From contig NC_043019.1 of NCBI RefSeq assembly GCF_006345805.1, positions 8,307,360 to 8,371,359 on the forward strand: a stretch of 64,000 nucleotides of DNA, read 5' to 3'. The stretch is from Octopus sinensis. Lineage: Eukaryota. Position numbers and translations under genes: made by a program. Numbering within the stretch: the stretch's first letter is position 1; every line of letters begins with the position of its first letter. This document shows, piece by piece, positions 26,190 to 38,478 of this stretch. Under the pieces are notes generated by a model. The model was not told where the DNA came from. It was given only the letters and a program-made list of their open reading frames with translations, and made no database searches.

Positions 26190-26285
26190 ATTTCGTTTTC
26201 CGCCTACAGGAATTCTAAGCACATCCCTCCCGGGACCGATAAAATGAAATATCAGACTCGTAACTGGGTTTATCTAATTGACATT
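26190..26285 (+). mobile_element. Decayed SINE-A core fragment
   Basis: TTCCGCC...CGGGACCGATAAAATGAAATATCAG...CTGGGTTTATCTAATTGAC aligns to the A core. Confidence 0.55.
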
Positions 26286-26521
26286 TGAAGTTCACTGACA
26301 TAGAATCTCCGCGAAGGCGAGCAACTTTAAGGAGAGATGACTGACACAGATGTGGGAGCAGTCAACCAGCAACTTAATAGTATTCCCTAGTAACATTTTA
26401 TAAACACAAAATGTGCATTCCCTCACCTGGGTACTTAGTCTTGTACACCCTCACCATCACCTCTCAAAGTACGAGCTCTCTGAAAAAGGGATTCTTCAAC
26501 AGAAAAAAATGATGTATTTAC

Positions 26522-26585
26522 CGCAGATTCCAGATATAGTGGCCAGCGTTATCTACCAAGAACCTGTCATGGCTCGTGAGCCTAC
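26522..26585 (-). CDS. Candidate 64-bp internal coding exon of an unidentified gene: (G)RLTSHDRFLVDNAGHYIWNL(R)
   Basis: Acceptor TTCTCTTTTTTCTTCATTTTCAG, donor GCG|GTAAAT, only one of three frames open (phase 1 to 2), non-repetitive sequence. Confidence 0.45.
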
Positions 26586-26775
26586 CTGAAAATGAAGAAA
26601 AAAGAGAACGTCATTTCTAGACACCTTGTGACACATTGTGGCCTTATTTGAGAGAGGCCCCCGAAACATTAAGTTACATCAAGCCAAGTCAAGCGGTTGA
26701 GAAGATAATATGATCTAAATCAAATATCTTCATTGCAACTTTGTCTACACAGTAGCATATATAGATGTGTAACCA

Positions 26776-26813
<38 letters not shown>

Positions 26814-26854
26814 TATACTTATACAAGTATATACATATATCATATACATACTCC

Positions 26855-27207
26855 GGCACTCCGTCGGTTACAACGACGAGGGTTCCAGTTTATCCAATCA
26901 AAGGAACAGCATGCTTATGAAGCGCCCAAGTGGCTGAGCACTCCACAGACACGTGCACCATTAATGTAGTTCCCGAGGAGATTCTGCATGACACAGTGAG
27001 ACAAGGCTGACCCTTTGAAATTCAGGCACAACAGACGCAGGAAGAGAGAAACTTGTGGTGAAAGAGTACAGCCAGGTTCACCACCACCTGCCGGAGCCTC
27101 GGGGAGCTTTAGGAGCAATAAACACTCACGATGCCCGGTCTGGGAATCAAAACCGCGATCCCACGACAGCCAGTCCGCTGCCCTAACCTCTGAGCCATTG
27201 AGCCTCC
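26855..27207 (-). mobile_element. Composite SINE: family C head and body joined to family D tail
   Basis: 27033-27207 matches the C heads at 18160-18349 and 22490-22651; 26855-27032 matches the D tail at 12370-12551. Confidence 0.88.
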
Positions 27208-27236
27208 ACTATATATATATATATATACACACACAC

Positions 27237-27287
<51 letters not shown>

Positions 27288-28210
27288 CACATATATAATG
27301 CCTACCGACGCATACATACATAAGAACATACGTAAAAATGTATTAGTACATATATTTTGATGGCTGCCTGTCTGAGAGAAAGAGAGAGAGAGAGAGTAAT
27401 ATCGGCAGATTGATGAATTATCTTTTGTGTATAAATATATTATTTCATATTGCGAAATGAAAACTCTTATTTCTCAATCATATATTTTATTATAAATAAC
27501 AAAAACGTAGATCATATTATTGGAACGACCAAAGCTTTATATGATTATGGCAAAACGAAAGAGAAAGCTGATGTATTATTTTCTTTCTACAGAAACTAAA
27601 ATAGAATCGCAGACTTCCTTAGAAGAATCAAATGTCTTGGAGAATGCGAAGAAATAAAAGACGTTATAGCTTCCATTTTACAAATGAACATGGAAGTACT
27701 AAGAAAGAAAAGAAAAAACCCTTGGTTATATTGGATTTGGATAAAATTGTTTTACATTATTCAGATATAAGGTATTAGTTTTTTATAATGTTCTCAAAAT
27801 ATGTCTGACATCTAAGTTTATGTACGTGTGTGTTATACATATATGTATATGTGTTATACATATGTGTGTATGTGTTTATCTGTATACATACATATCTACA
27901 CATATAAATAGACAGATTAATAGAACGATAGATAGGCAGATAGATAGATAGATAGAAAAGTGTTTGTGTATAAATTATGGAATAGCATAGATGAGGAAAC
28001 TGCATAAAAATGATAAAACCGATACAGAAAATAGAATAGAAACAAAGAACTTAGTTTATATTTACAGCCAAGAAATATCCAAACAAATGTACGACAGCTA
28101 ATCTCTCTTGGAAAATAAAAATGCATCACGTGATCTTTGGTTGTTTATCTATAATCTCTGTATTCTCTGTTTCTCTCTCATTCCCTCTATGTGTATGTAT
28201 ATATATATAT

Positions 28211-28370
28211 AATTAGCACAAGGCCTTAAGAATGCATCAACCTATTTAGAAATGAGAGCTAAAGTCTCAATTCAACCGCCAGAAGGCGCCAATTGAGAAC
28301 TTAGCTCTCATTTCTGAATACGTTCATGCGCACAGCATCCGGAAGGAATCCTAAAGGCTTCGTGCTAATT
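28211..28370. mobile_element. 160-bp palindromic MITE-like element
   Basis: AATTAGCACAAGGCCTT...AAGGCTTCGTGCTAATT termini; inner stem TATTTAGAAATGAGAGCTAAAGTCTCAATT / AATTGAGAACTTAGCTCTCATTTCTGAATA. Confidence 0.8.
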
Positions 28371-28530
28371 TTATATTTTAGAGCTTATAATGCTATTAAA
28401 CCTGTGAACCGCCCATGTTACCGCTGTTAATATTATCAAATAAAAATATTTGTCATAGACTGTATTAACAATAGTAACATCTGATTTCGAAGTTAAACAT
28501 TCGGATGATTTTGCTTTTATACGCGCATAA

Positions 28531-28561
<31 letters not shown>

Positions 28562-28562
<1 letters not shown>

Positions 28563-28838
28563 CATCGTGAGGGACGTCATCGCAGTATATACACGCAGCA
28601 AGTTTAGATGGCTGGACACGTCATCCGGCTTACCTATAATCGGTGGACCGGCATGGTTGCCTAGTAGTACCCGCGCGAGCGGAAACGACCACTCGGAAGG
28701 CCTCCACGACGTTGGAGTTACGATTCCAGGAGGACGATTGGGATCACGTGGATGAGAAAGGCGCAATCCAGAGAGGAGTGGACAGCGTGCTGTGACCAGC
28801 GGTGTCAAATGGACGCCCGATGGACTGGTCGATCAAGG
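28562..28838 (+). mobile_element. RTE-clade LINE 3' end (5'-truncated, disabled)
   Basis: With one frameshift: SKFRW/AGHVIRLTYNRWTGMVA**YPRERKRPLGRPPRRWS...GITWMRKAQSREEWTACCDQR, the canonical RTE RWAGH...GRP..RW...A..R..W C-terminus; (TA)n on both sides. Confidence 0.92.
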
Positions 28839-28865
28839 GGATATATATATATATATATATATAAA

Positions 28866-29139
28866 TTTGGCTGGATGGCCGTTCGATCCCCTCGCACCAA
28901 TGTTTGTTTTTTCTGTCCGGGTATCGCCCCCTCTTTTTCTCAACCTCATGGTTAATAAAGAAATTGAATCTTCAGGAGTTAATCTGCCCTTTGGCAGGTC
29001 TTATTTTTCTTCCCGCAGGGTGTCGAACAACACCCTCCTCACCAAAAAACATGGTGGTGTTGCCAGTTCAGTCGCCGACGACCCGACCATGCAGCGGGTT
29101 GTACTGCATTACATGTTACCAGTAGCACTCAAGAATGAC

Positions 29140-29143
<4 letters not shown>
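28866..29143. repeat. Unclassified interspersed repeat between (TA)n tracts
   Basis: GC-richer block with sharp (TA)n boundaries; recalled as a common octopus repeat, but there is no second copy in the window. Confidence 0.35.
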
Positions 29144-29180
<37 letters not shown>

Positions 29181-29589
29181 AATACGTATTGGCGTAAATA
29201 CGCCTTTCTAACATTTACCATTATGTTTAAATCGACTCATTTTGTATCCCATGATTCAGTAGTCATAAGTATAGTGATTTATAAATACCATTTGAACTGT
29301 ATATGTCATTAGCAAAGCAACATACGAGTGTCTAATTAGTACCACGCTAGTCATTTACATAACAACCGTTTCTGCGTTCTCATTTTTTGGCGTTCCCATG
29401 TCTCCGCGGCGAATCTGATATACCATCCACTTTTCTATGTATTGTAGTCCTTTCAACATGGAATGTGGACATCAGCGTTCATAGTTGTATTGCTGTTTAC
29501 TTTACTAAGGTAATCGGATCTACTGCATGGTTTTCAAAAGAAAACAAAAAAATTTATTTATGGTGAGATAATGGGAGAAGCCCCTTGTA

Positions 29590-30130
29590 ATATTCTCCGC
29601 AAAGGACCCCTTTTCAGATTTTCTTTCTTTTCCCATTTTTTGCTTTTCTCATATTTCATCCAATGTACCCCTGCAAGGCGAGAATCGAATGCTTTTAATG
29701 GTGGATATAAAAACCGTACCTGCAGACAAACCGGAAAAATCATTCTTGTGTGTCTGGAGTGGCAAGAGATGAACGGTAGATATTGCTTGGAGTGTGTGCA
29801 ATTATAGTATATATATCTTTCTCTTTCCTTGCTAGAATTCTTAATGAGGATGTGGAGGAAAGGAAATGGTTGACGGCCATATTCCATCGGGAATTGGATG
29901 TTTACGTCAAGTCCATTTATAAGTGTTTGAAATTCTTTAAGTCTCTCTATATTTTCATGCCAAAAAAATGAAACAATTATCCATGTATCTCTTCCAGTTG
30001 TTTCCTATGTAAAGGGAGAATGGGTTGCCGTATTTTTGCTGGTACCTTACGATAAAGAGTTAGTTCAAGATATACCCTGACTAGGTTAGCAAAGGAGGGG
30101 ACCATTATATTTGTATCTCTAGATTACCAC
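29590..30130 (-). mobile_element. Penelope-like element reverse transcriptase remnant
   Basis: MVPSFANLV.VYLELTLY, NWKRYMDNCFIF (decayed YxDD), IQFPMEYGRQPFPFLHILI, IYYNCTHSKQYLPFISCHSRHT: PLE RT motifs 5-7 and thumb, with frameshifts. Confidence 0.88.
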
Positions 30131-31420
30131 AAAAGGAGATTCCAGATTATGGTTGATAGTCTTAAAGAATCCAAGTGGATACTGTAGTCGCATGTACTGC
30201 TTGCTAATACCGGATAACAATAGTGAGTGTATAAAATCTCCAGTTAGTCTGCTTTACTAACTTCAGGTTGTCTCTACATCGTTAAATCAATATGTCTCTA
30301 CAGAAAATGTGTGTTTACGCTAGAGAAAATTATGAACTTGTAATAAAGGAGAATAGAGATTGATATCCAGCTTCATTCAGCAGATAATTACTTCCTTTAG
30401 TTTCTGCGCCTACACATGTTTCTGCAGCAATTAACTAATGCACAGTGCAAAATTTGCATTTTATCTGCACTTATTGTTAGTTGCTACTCTCCAAAGAATT
30501 TTAAAATTCTGCTGACATAGACCATCGTTGAATGGTAAATGGTAATATTAATGCTTATTATCAGGTTACCTTGAGTAATTTTTTTTACTCTTATCATCCT
30601 CCCTCTCCTTAGTATTGTTACCTCTTCTACTCTTATTGTTGATATTGTTAGTAATGAGCTACAGGTCTATTATTTAATTTAATTTTATTAATTAAATTCA
30701 ATATATTCAAATTTAAGGATATCGTTAATTTCCTCCCCAAATTGATATGTAATTACATGACATTAAGCATTAATAGTGCCACGCACCATTTAAAGATGGG
30801 TTGTGTCTGCAGAATACTAAAATTCCTTTGACAGCTAGCCATTTTGATTTTAACCATCAGAACAGCATGGAAGACATAGAACTGAAATAGCGAAGGTAGA
30901 CTTCTTATCCGCATGAAGGTCATAACTCGCTTTATCTTCATACTGGTAGAATGGAATATGCATCCTTCTGTTGTACATCCACTAATGTTATATCGCCTGA
31001 AGAAATGAATCCATGAAGATAATCTACCCGATGCCCACGGATACTACGAGCTACACTGTAATCATCCCAGAAATATGGACTCTAACGTTGTCATGTGATT
31101 TCTGGACACACGGGTATCGATGCATTAAATGTCTATAAACTCCACCCAAGGATTATAGTTCATATTGTTACATTTATCCTACATTTTATCGGGTACTACT
31201 TTTTCATATTCAAAATACTTCCGTACACTTAGATATACCTGTATAATGAATTCGAATTCTGGATCACTTCTCAATTCTCTTCAGCAGGTTTTACTAAATA
31301 CCCAGTGTTAAAATCCTACACGCCTCGCTGTGTCCGTTACGCATTGAACAGGCTCGTATGAAATTCAAAACAATTTCAGTACATCAATTTACGATGAGTA
31401 AATACACGAATTCATATAGA

Positions 31421-31440
31421 TATTATTATTATTATTATTG

Positions 31441-31476
<36 letters not shown>

Positions 31477-31477
31477 G

Positions 31478-31519
<42 letters not shown>

Positions 31520-32034
31520 TAGTTCTATTTTCATAGCGTGCTTTCACTTCACTACCGAGCGCAGCTCTGTGTGCCTTGGGTATGTGCTTTGGTTTGGTTT
31601 GATGCTCTGATGGTTATTGTATGGAAAGTGTTCTGCGTAGGATGTGTGCAGTGCCTAGTAGTGCAATTTTCTGTATGTTATATGTGTTTGTAAGTCCTGG
31701 AGTTTTTGTAACGTATTTGTCTGAATATTTTTTTATCATGCCTAATGCACCTACTATGATAGGAATTGTTTCTGTTTTCAGATTCCACATTCGAGTTATC
31801 TCTATTTCCAGGTATTTGTATTTTGAAAGTTTGTCCATTTCTTTTAGAATAATGTTGTCATCTGTTGGTATTGATACATCAATTAGAAAGCATTTTTTCT
31901 TCATGATCTCTGACAACTATATCGGGCATATTGGCCTTAATTACTCTGTCTGTGTGTATTGGCATATCCCAGAGTATGGTTGCTTTCTCGTTTTTTGTGA
32001 CCTTTATTATTATCATTATTATTATTATTATTAT
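31421..32034 (-). mobile_element. R4/Dong-like non-LTR retrotransposon 3' fragment (RLE domain + 3' UTR, 31517-32003) flanked by (TAA)n on both sides
   Basis: ILWDMPIHTDRVIKANMPDIVVRDHEEK/KCFLIDVSIPTDDNIILKEMDKLSKYKYLEIEITRMW..ETIPIIVGALG: PD..D...K RLE signature with one frameshift; (TTA)n at 31421-31516 and 32004-32034. Confidence 0.93.
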
Positions 32035-32215
32035 CAGTAAATATAAAAATAATAATAGCAATAACTTTAGTGGCTACCAAGCGGTAACGCCACCCTATGG
32101 CAAATCCATAAAATTTTATAATTAATATGTACTTATATATATGTATGTATGTATCGTTGTGTGCGCGTATATATGTATAACTATGTATCTATCTATCTAT
32201 ATCTATATATATGTG

Positions 32216-32316
<101 letters not shown>

Positions 32317-33111
32317 CTGTGTACCTATCTATCTCTATATATATATATATATATGTATCTATCTATATATACATACATAAATATATATCTATATATACAC
32401 ACATAAATATATATCTATATATATACACATATATCCGTACTAAAGATTGGCAAACACGTATCTTTATACATTTAATCACGCACTAACGGCAACTTTTGAA
32501 AAATATAAAATTCGCTGACTTATCGTAAAATAGATTTGCCATATTGATTTTTGGGGAAAAAGCTGGCTGTAAAAGTAATTACTTCGCTAATGTTTTTGTT
32601 GTCTTGAATAAAAAATATATTTGTTATAATTGGAACAGGTGAGAATCTGACACGATATATCATAGAGAAAAGGCTGGACACTAAATGATCAGATTTTGTT
32701 GTAAAAATGAATCGCAAGATGTCCGATATTTTATCGTAATTTTAGTAATTATTTTGACCAAATTGATTATATATTACACAATATTATTTGATATATTTCG
32801 ATAGTGTTTTACGAGAAATAAGGGCATAATTGCAATCATTAGTACACTGTCTGCTGCACCTGATCTTATTTTGTACAATCCCCTTCCAACCTCAAACATA
32901 CAGTCTAATTGTAGTTCTATATTTTTCGTAGAGATTCACGTCTGATGAAAACGTTAAAAATTTCCCAAAATATAGTACCATTATGACTATATATATATAT
33001 GTATGTATGTATGTGTGTACGTACATTTCCGCATTTTTCTCTCTCTTTATATATTTATGTATATATATATATATGTGTGTGTGTGTATGTATAAAAATAT
33101 ATATTTATCTA

Positions 33112-33154
<43 letters not shown>

Positions 33155-33172
33155 ATTTATATATATATATAT

Positions 33173-33686
33173 ACTAGCAGTATCGCCCGGCGTTGCTCGG
33201 GTTTGTAAGGGAAATAACTATATAAGCATTTTTAGAGAGTTACTTCCCTTATAGATGCCAATGTGGGCTTTCTTAGCCATTTCTGTTTTGGTGTCTTCAA
33301 GCCATGAAGTCGTTGTTCTAAAAGAACGCTGGTCTCCTTGACAACGCTTTACGACGTTAATTTCCTTACACTCCCTTCCCCACAGCTTCACGAGGGAGGA
33401 AAGAAGGGGGAGAAGCAAACAGGTGCAGGTGTGACCATGGACGCCAACTCCGCCGCCATCGACACACGAAAAATTATGCATTAAAATGGAATAAAAAATG
33501 ATGTTAAATTATTTTGAAAATCGAAGACTCACGTAGACGCGCGCTAATACTCAGACGAGCTCGATATGAATCACGACTATAAGATACCCGAATTTGGTTA
33601 AACTGCACCGCAAAATGTGGGAGTAGTTAGGAATCTAAATCGAAGGGGACAGACACTCACACAACTACAGTTTTATATATATAGAT
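33173..33686 (+). mobile_element. Non-autonomous Helitron/Helentron-type element (HINE/DINE-1-like), apparently complete
   Basis: 5' ACTAGCAGTATCGCCCGGCGTTGCTCGGGT with subterminal hairpin; 3' GACAGACACTCACACAACTACAGTTTTATATATATAGAT; sits in a (TA)n tract. Confidence 0.75.
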
Positions 33687-34708
33687 ATATACACAAACAT
33701 ATGTACACACATACATACTTATACTTAAATATGCGTAATATATAAAGACGTGTTAGTATATATATATATACAGAATAACACATGTATATATATATATTTA
33801 ACTGCAGGGTGTGATTTCTATGGCGCAGACTTGGCGGGGTGGATCCGAATTCAGCCGCTCTGCGTGATACCTGCATAATCTCGGGCCAAATAACGCTTTC
33901 TGATTGCATTTCTTAGACGGAATGAAGTTCGTAATATAGATATGTGTGTTGGTAAGGGCGCGCGTAGGAGTGTAACTTGTAATGTATTTAGCTGCTATTT
34001 CTGCATTGCCGAACCAACACATTAAGCCTTTCTCTTTGATATGCGTTTTGATCTCATCTGAGAGACGTAAGGGCATCTTAATTTCCTACCCTTTTATTAG
34101 AGAATCATTTAAATACTTTGCATGTTATGCTCGGTGTGAATCCCGTGAGACTATTTCATTATGGAGGGTCACCTGTGTGGAATTTCACTTAACATATTCT
34201 TTTGCAAGATCAAACTGCCCTTTCTTTGTAAAGAAGAGAATCATTGCTGGAATTTACTCTCCCGTGTTGATTAAATAAAATTCGTTACTTTCTTTTTTGT
34301 CATCTTATCTAATTTAGTTTTTTTCCATTATTCTTGAAGGATCCAATTTGCATTCATTCTTCTGCTTCATATCAAATTAGGTTGCAAGCATCAGTTTTAA
34401 TGAATACCTGCTTCAAATCACAGTATACAAATATATAAGGGACGCAAGGGAATTCTAAATTGTTCATCTTACTGCTAGAAATATCAGCTAGAATTCCCTC
34501 ACTTCATTTAAAGAACGGAAACAAACTGGGAAATTACTTCTACATATGTGAATTTTCCTCTTAATTCAAACAAAGTTAATATTTAAAAGAATACAAGCAA
34601 CTTATGAAAGACTTCCGCGTATGTATCGATGACTTTACGTTGGTCATAGCAGGATTGCAAAAATGTATGTTTGCTAAGCAAACAATTATTTTAAACCATG
34701 ACACTTAC

Positions 34709-34753
34709 TGAATCATCTACAAATGTTCGCTGACAAGAAATAGCCAAGTCTGC
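34709..34753 (-). CDS. Candidate 45-bp phase 0-0 exon: ADLAISCQRTFVDDS
   Basis: Acceptor TAATCTCTGTTCAG, consensus donor TCA|GTAAGT, only frame 0 open. Confidence 0.3.
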
Positions 34754-35708
34754 CTGAACAGAGATTAATATTAATGTATATATGTATATGTGAATGTTTG
34801 CACGTATAACAGCTAAAATATTTTATTTCATGTATTGTATAACGTCTTCAATTTTCGCTGCCCTTTTACGTATCATCTTCGAAATATACACTGCTTAACC
34901 AATATGTTTATATCGTCGCAAGCCTCACCAGCTTCTCGTTAATACAGATAAAACTATTTTTATACATTATTTACTTCAGTTATTCATCTTCTTTTTTTTA
35001 ACATCGTCATTTCGTCAAGAAATATTCGCCACTAGATTGAGACAACTTCCAAATTGGAATTGTCTCTCTCTTTTTCCATTTGGTTCTTTATTATTATTAT
35101 TATTATTAATTTTAAGCTATTTTATTTCATTATATCTCATTTTATTTTAGCTTCCATTTTCCTCTGAAATAAACCTTCTTTCGTATTGGATGCAAGCTGC
35201 TGGCAAATTTCACGTAAGATGAGGGAAAAATAAAACAAAACCAACGCATCGGTTCCTGCTGTCATTTTCTGTGTACATCTTGATATATTAGAGTGTATGT
35301 CTTACATCAATTTGTCGACCAATTTAAGCCGAGAATTTAGAAGCTAATTGCACACATTTCGTATTGTTTAATATACGATAGCTGACGGGATAATTGTGCT
35401 GCGCATTGAATTACTGTTTTGTAAGACGCAGCGAAATGTTTGTTATTCTATATTATTACTTTGATTTTCGGTTCCCATCTCAGATTTGTTTTCGTTTCTT
35501 ACACGAAGATAACCACACACACACAAATATATATACAAGCACACACACACACATATATATATATATACACACACACACACAAATACATGTATAAATGTAT
35601 ATACCAAATATAAACATATAAAGATCTATATACAAATTAGATACATCCATCTACACAAACTCTAAACAAACGGACGCATTCCTATACACATATTTATGTG
35701 TATATGCG

Positions 35709-35774
<66 letters not shown>

Positions 35775-36297
35775 CGTTTAAATACTTCAGCACTACAGTG
35801 TACGGTGCAAAAAATATATGTCTATGGCTATGTGTGTACGTGAACTAATCATTTCCATTTGTTTGGTTGATGTAAACGATCATAGAAGTATCAGGCATGC
35901 ATATACCTATACACACAGACACATACACACATTTTTTGCCTTATTTACATCATATTTGTAGCTCGAGGAATGAAATTTTATATTTTAATACTGTGAATCT
36001 AATATCTTTGGCAGCTGGAGATATATGGAATATAGTAAGGTTTTCAACAAAATAATAGCTTTCACTCTTTGATTCCTGGAGTTATTATTTCTGTGTAAGT
36101 CAAGGTCAGTCGTGTTTGAGTGAACGAAGGAAAGGTATCAACCAGCCCTGGCCATCCCCTATTAATTTTCGACATCTAGGAATATCATGAGCTTAAAAAG
36201 ATTGCCGTAAATGAGGAGTGTGTGTGTGTATATACATATATATACATATAAACGTATGTATATCTAATTATATATATTCACAGAAATATATATATAT

Positions 36298-36590
36298 ATG
36301 TGTGTGTGTGTGTATGTTTATATACATATATATGTGTGTGTGTGTGTATGTTTATATACATATATATGTGTGTGTGTGTGTGTATGTTTATATACATATA
36401 TATGTGTGTGTGTGTGTGTATGTTTATATACATATATATGTGTGTGTGTGTGTGTATGTTTATATATATATATATGTGTGTGTGTGTATATATGTATATG
36501 TGTGTGTGTGTGTGTATGTATGTATATATATATATGTGTGTGTATGTATATATATGTGTGTGTGTGTGTGTATGTACGTATATATATATG
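36298..36590. repeat. Minisatellite built from (TG)n + TATGTTTATATACATATATA units
   Basis: About five near-identical units visible, then decay. Confidence 0.9.
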
Positions 36591-37391
36591 TGTTCTATTA
36601 AACCATTCAACGCGAGGCCATTGCATGTCGCGGGGTAGTAGCTGAAACAAGCAGAAGAGAAAAGACGTAAAAAATATGCATATTTGATGGGACAACTCCT
36701 TGAATCCGCAGCTCTGATGTTTGTCTATGTGGAATCATGGGCATTTGTTTTGTTTTAATTCGAAGCCATGTTCATGTGTAACTCAAACATTTATGTTGTT
36801 CCAATGTTTTTCAAAACGATTGGGTTTACATATTGTTTTTCATAGTAGGTGTTTAATATTTGACATAGGGGTGTTCTCATTTTTGCGTTTTTTTCATTCA
36901 CTTGCATGGTGTATTGGAGGGATGGCTGTTATTTCTCCTATTCGATGAGAGATAGAAACACAGAGAGAGAGAGAGAGAGACTGATTGAGGATTGATCGAA
37001 AGAGAGAGATACACACACTTATTCACATGTACTCTCACACACCTACACACACTCACACGCATCTTCACAAATATATAATTTGTGTGTTTGCTTGTTTTTG
37101 TATATCTTTGCGTGTGTTTGTTTTTGTAACTTATTGATAACATGTTAAACAAGATGCTCAGCCTTCATTCATCATCGGGGAATGTAGCTTTGTGCAAAAT
37201 ATACTGATGTCGCAAGCGATGGTCGACTGTCGTTGGGCTTCGAACCCTGAACCTTTAACACCTTCCCAAAGATGGATGGGGAGGTTTGGTCCAATCACTG
37301 CTCAGCTTTCATCTCGACACACAGCTTAGCTCTACAACATTACTTCCAAAACGGTACACCTGATGTATCAATAGGTATATATTGTCACCTG

Positions 37392-37600
37392 CAGTGGTCT
37401 GGCCGGATCATTAGCTTGACCGGAAAAAGGTTAGCGGCATTTTGTCCGTCTTAATGATCTGAGTTCAAATTCCACCGAGGTTGAGGTTACTTTTTATCCA
37501 CTTCGGAGTCGATAAAATAGCTACCAGATGAGAACTGGAGTCGATGTAATCGATTGAACCCCTCACTCGAATTTGTAGCCCTTGCACCAAGGTTTGAAAT
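37392..37600 (+). mobile_element. SINE family A (diverged)
   Basis: CTGAGTTCAAATTCCACCGAGG...GGAGTCGATAAAATAG...CTGGAGTCGATGTAATCGA. Confidence 0.8.
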
Positions 37601-38167
37601 CGATGTGCATGTTTAGTGGATATCTAATCACTACAACTTCATACGAATATTCCTATACAGCTGTGTGTATGTTTGTGCAACTGAGAGTGTATATAGAAGT
37701 GTGCTTATGGTTGTGTGCAAATGGACAGATGTATTTATATATATGCAAACATATGAACTGTCTCAGTTGGTTAATTAAAATAGAAAGACACACAGATTCG
37801 CATACAGCCACGTACAACTCATGAACGTTTACATTCCGCTTCCCACGCTTTTACAGAGAATTTTCACTTCAATGCTTTTACATTTTCATGCGTTTTCATA
37901 TATCGGTTTTGCTATTGTGTCACAAATGCAATTAAAACCGCCGGCTCCAGATATCCCAGTTGAGAAATTATAGTAGGAAGTTAAGAGCAAAGCAGTTCAG
38001 ATCAATTGTTTACGTTAGTGAACCGGAATAATTAGTGTTTCAGTTCACCACCGTCGTGCCAAGGTGATGTCTTCCTCATCGCACTTGATTATCTATCATT
38101 TAACAGGAGGCTTTTCTAATTAGCTTCGTTCAGTTTTCTCATAACGTTAAACAACGTAGTTTTACAG

Positions 38168-38174
38168 CTATCTA

Positions 38175-38262
<88 letters not shown>

Positions 38263-38447
38263 CTATCTATCTATCTATCTATCCACCTATCTATCTACAT
38301 ACATACATACATACATATACATACATACATACATACATACAACATACATACATACATATACATACATACACATACATACATACATACATACATACACATA
38401 CATACATACTACATACATACATATACATACATACATACATACATACA

Positions 38448-38476
<29 letters not shown>
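38168..38476. repeat. Compound tetranucleotide microsatellite (TATC)n then (TACA)n
   Basis: Direct reading. Confidence 0.95.

Positions 38477-38478
<2 letters not shown>

Noticed and set aside
26209-26260. Plus-strand exon-like segment after TTTTCCGCCTACAG
   Set aside because: It is a decayed SINE-A core.
26427-26479. Minus-strand 53-bp exon candidate with CAG|GTGAGG donor
   Set aside because: Stops in all three frames, and it would leave only a 42-nt intron.
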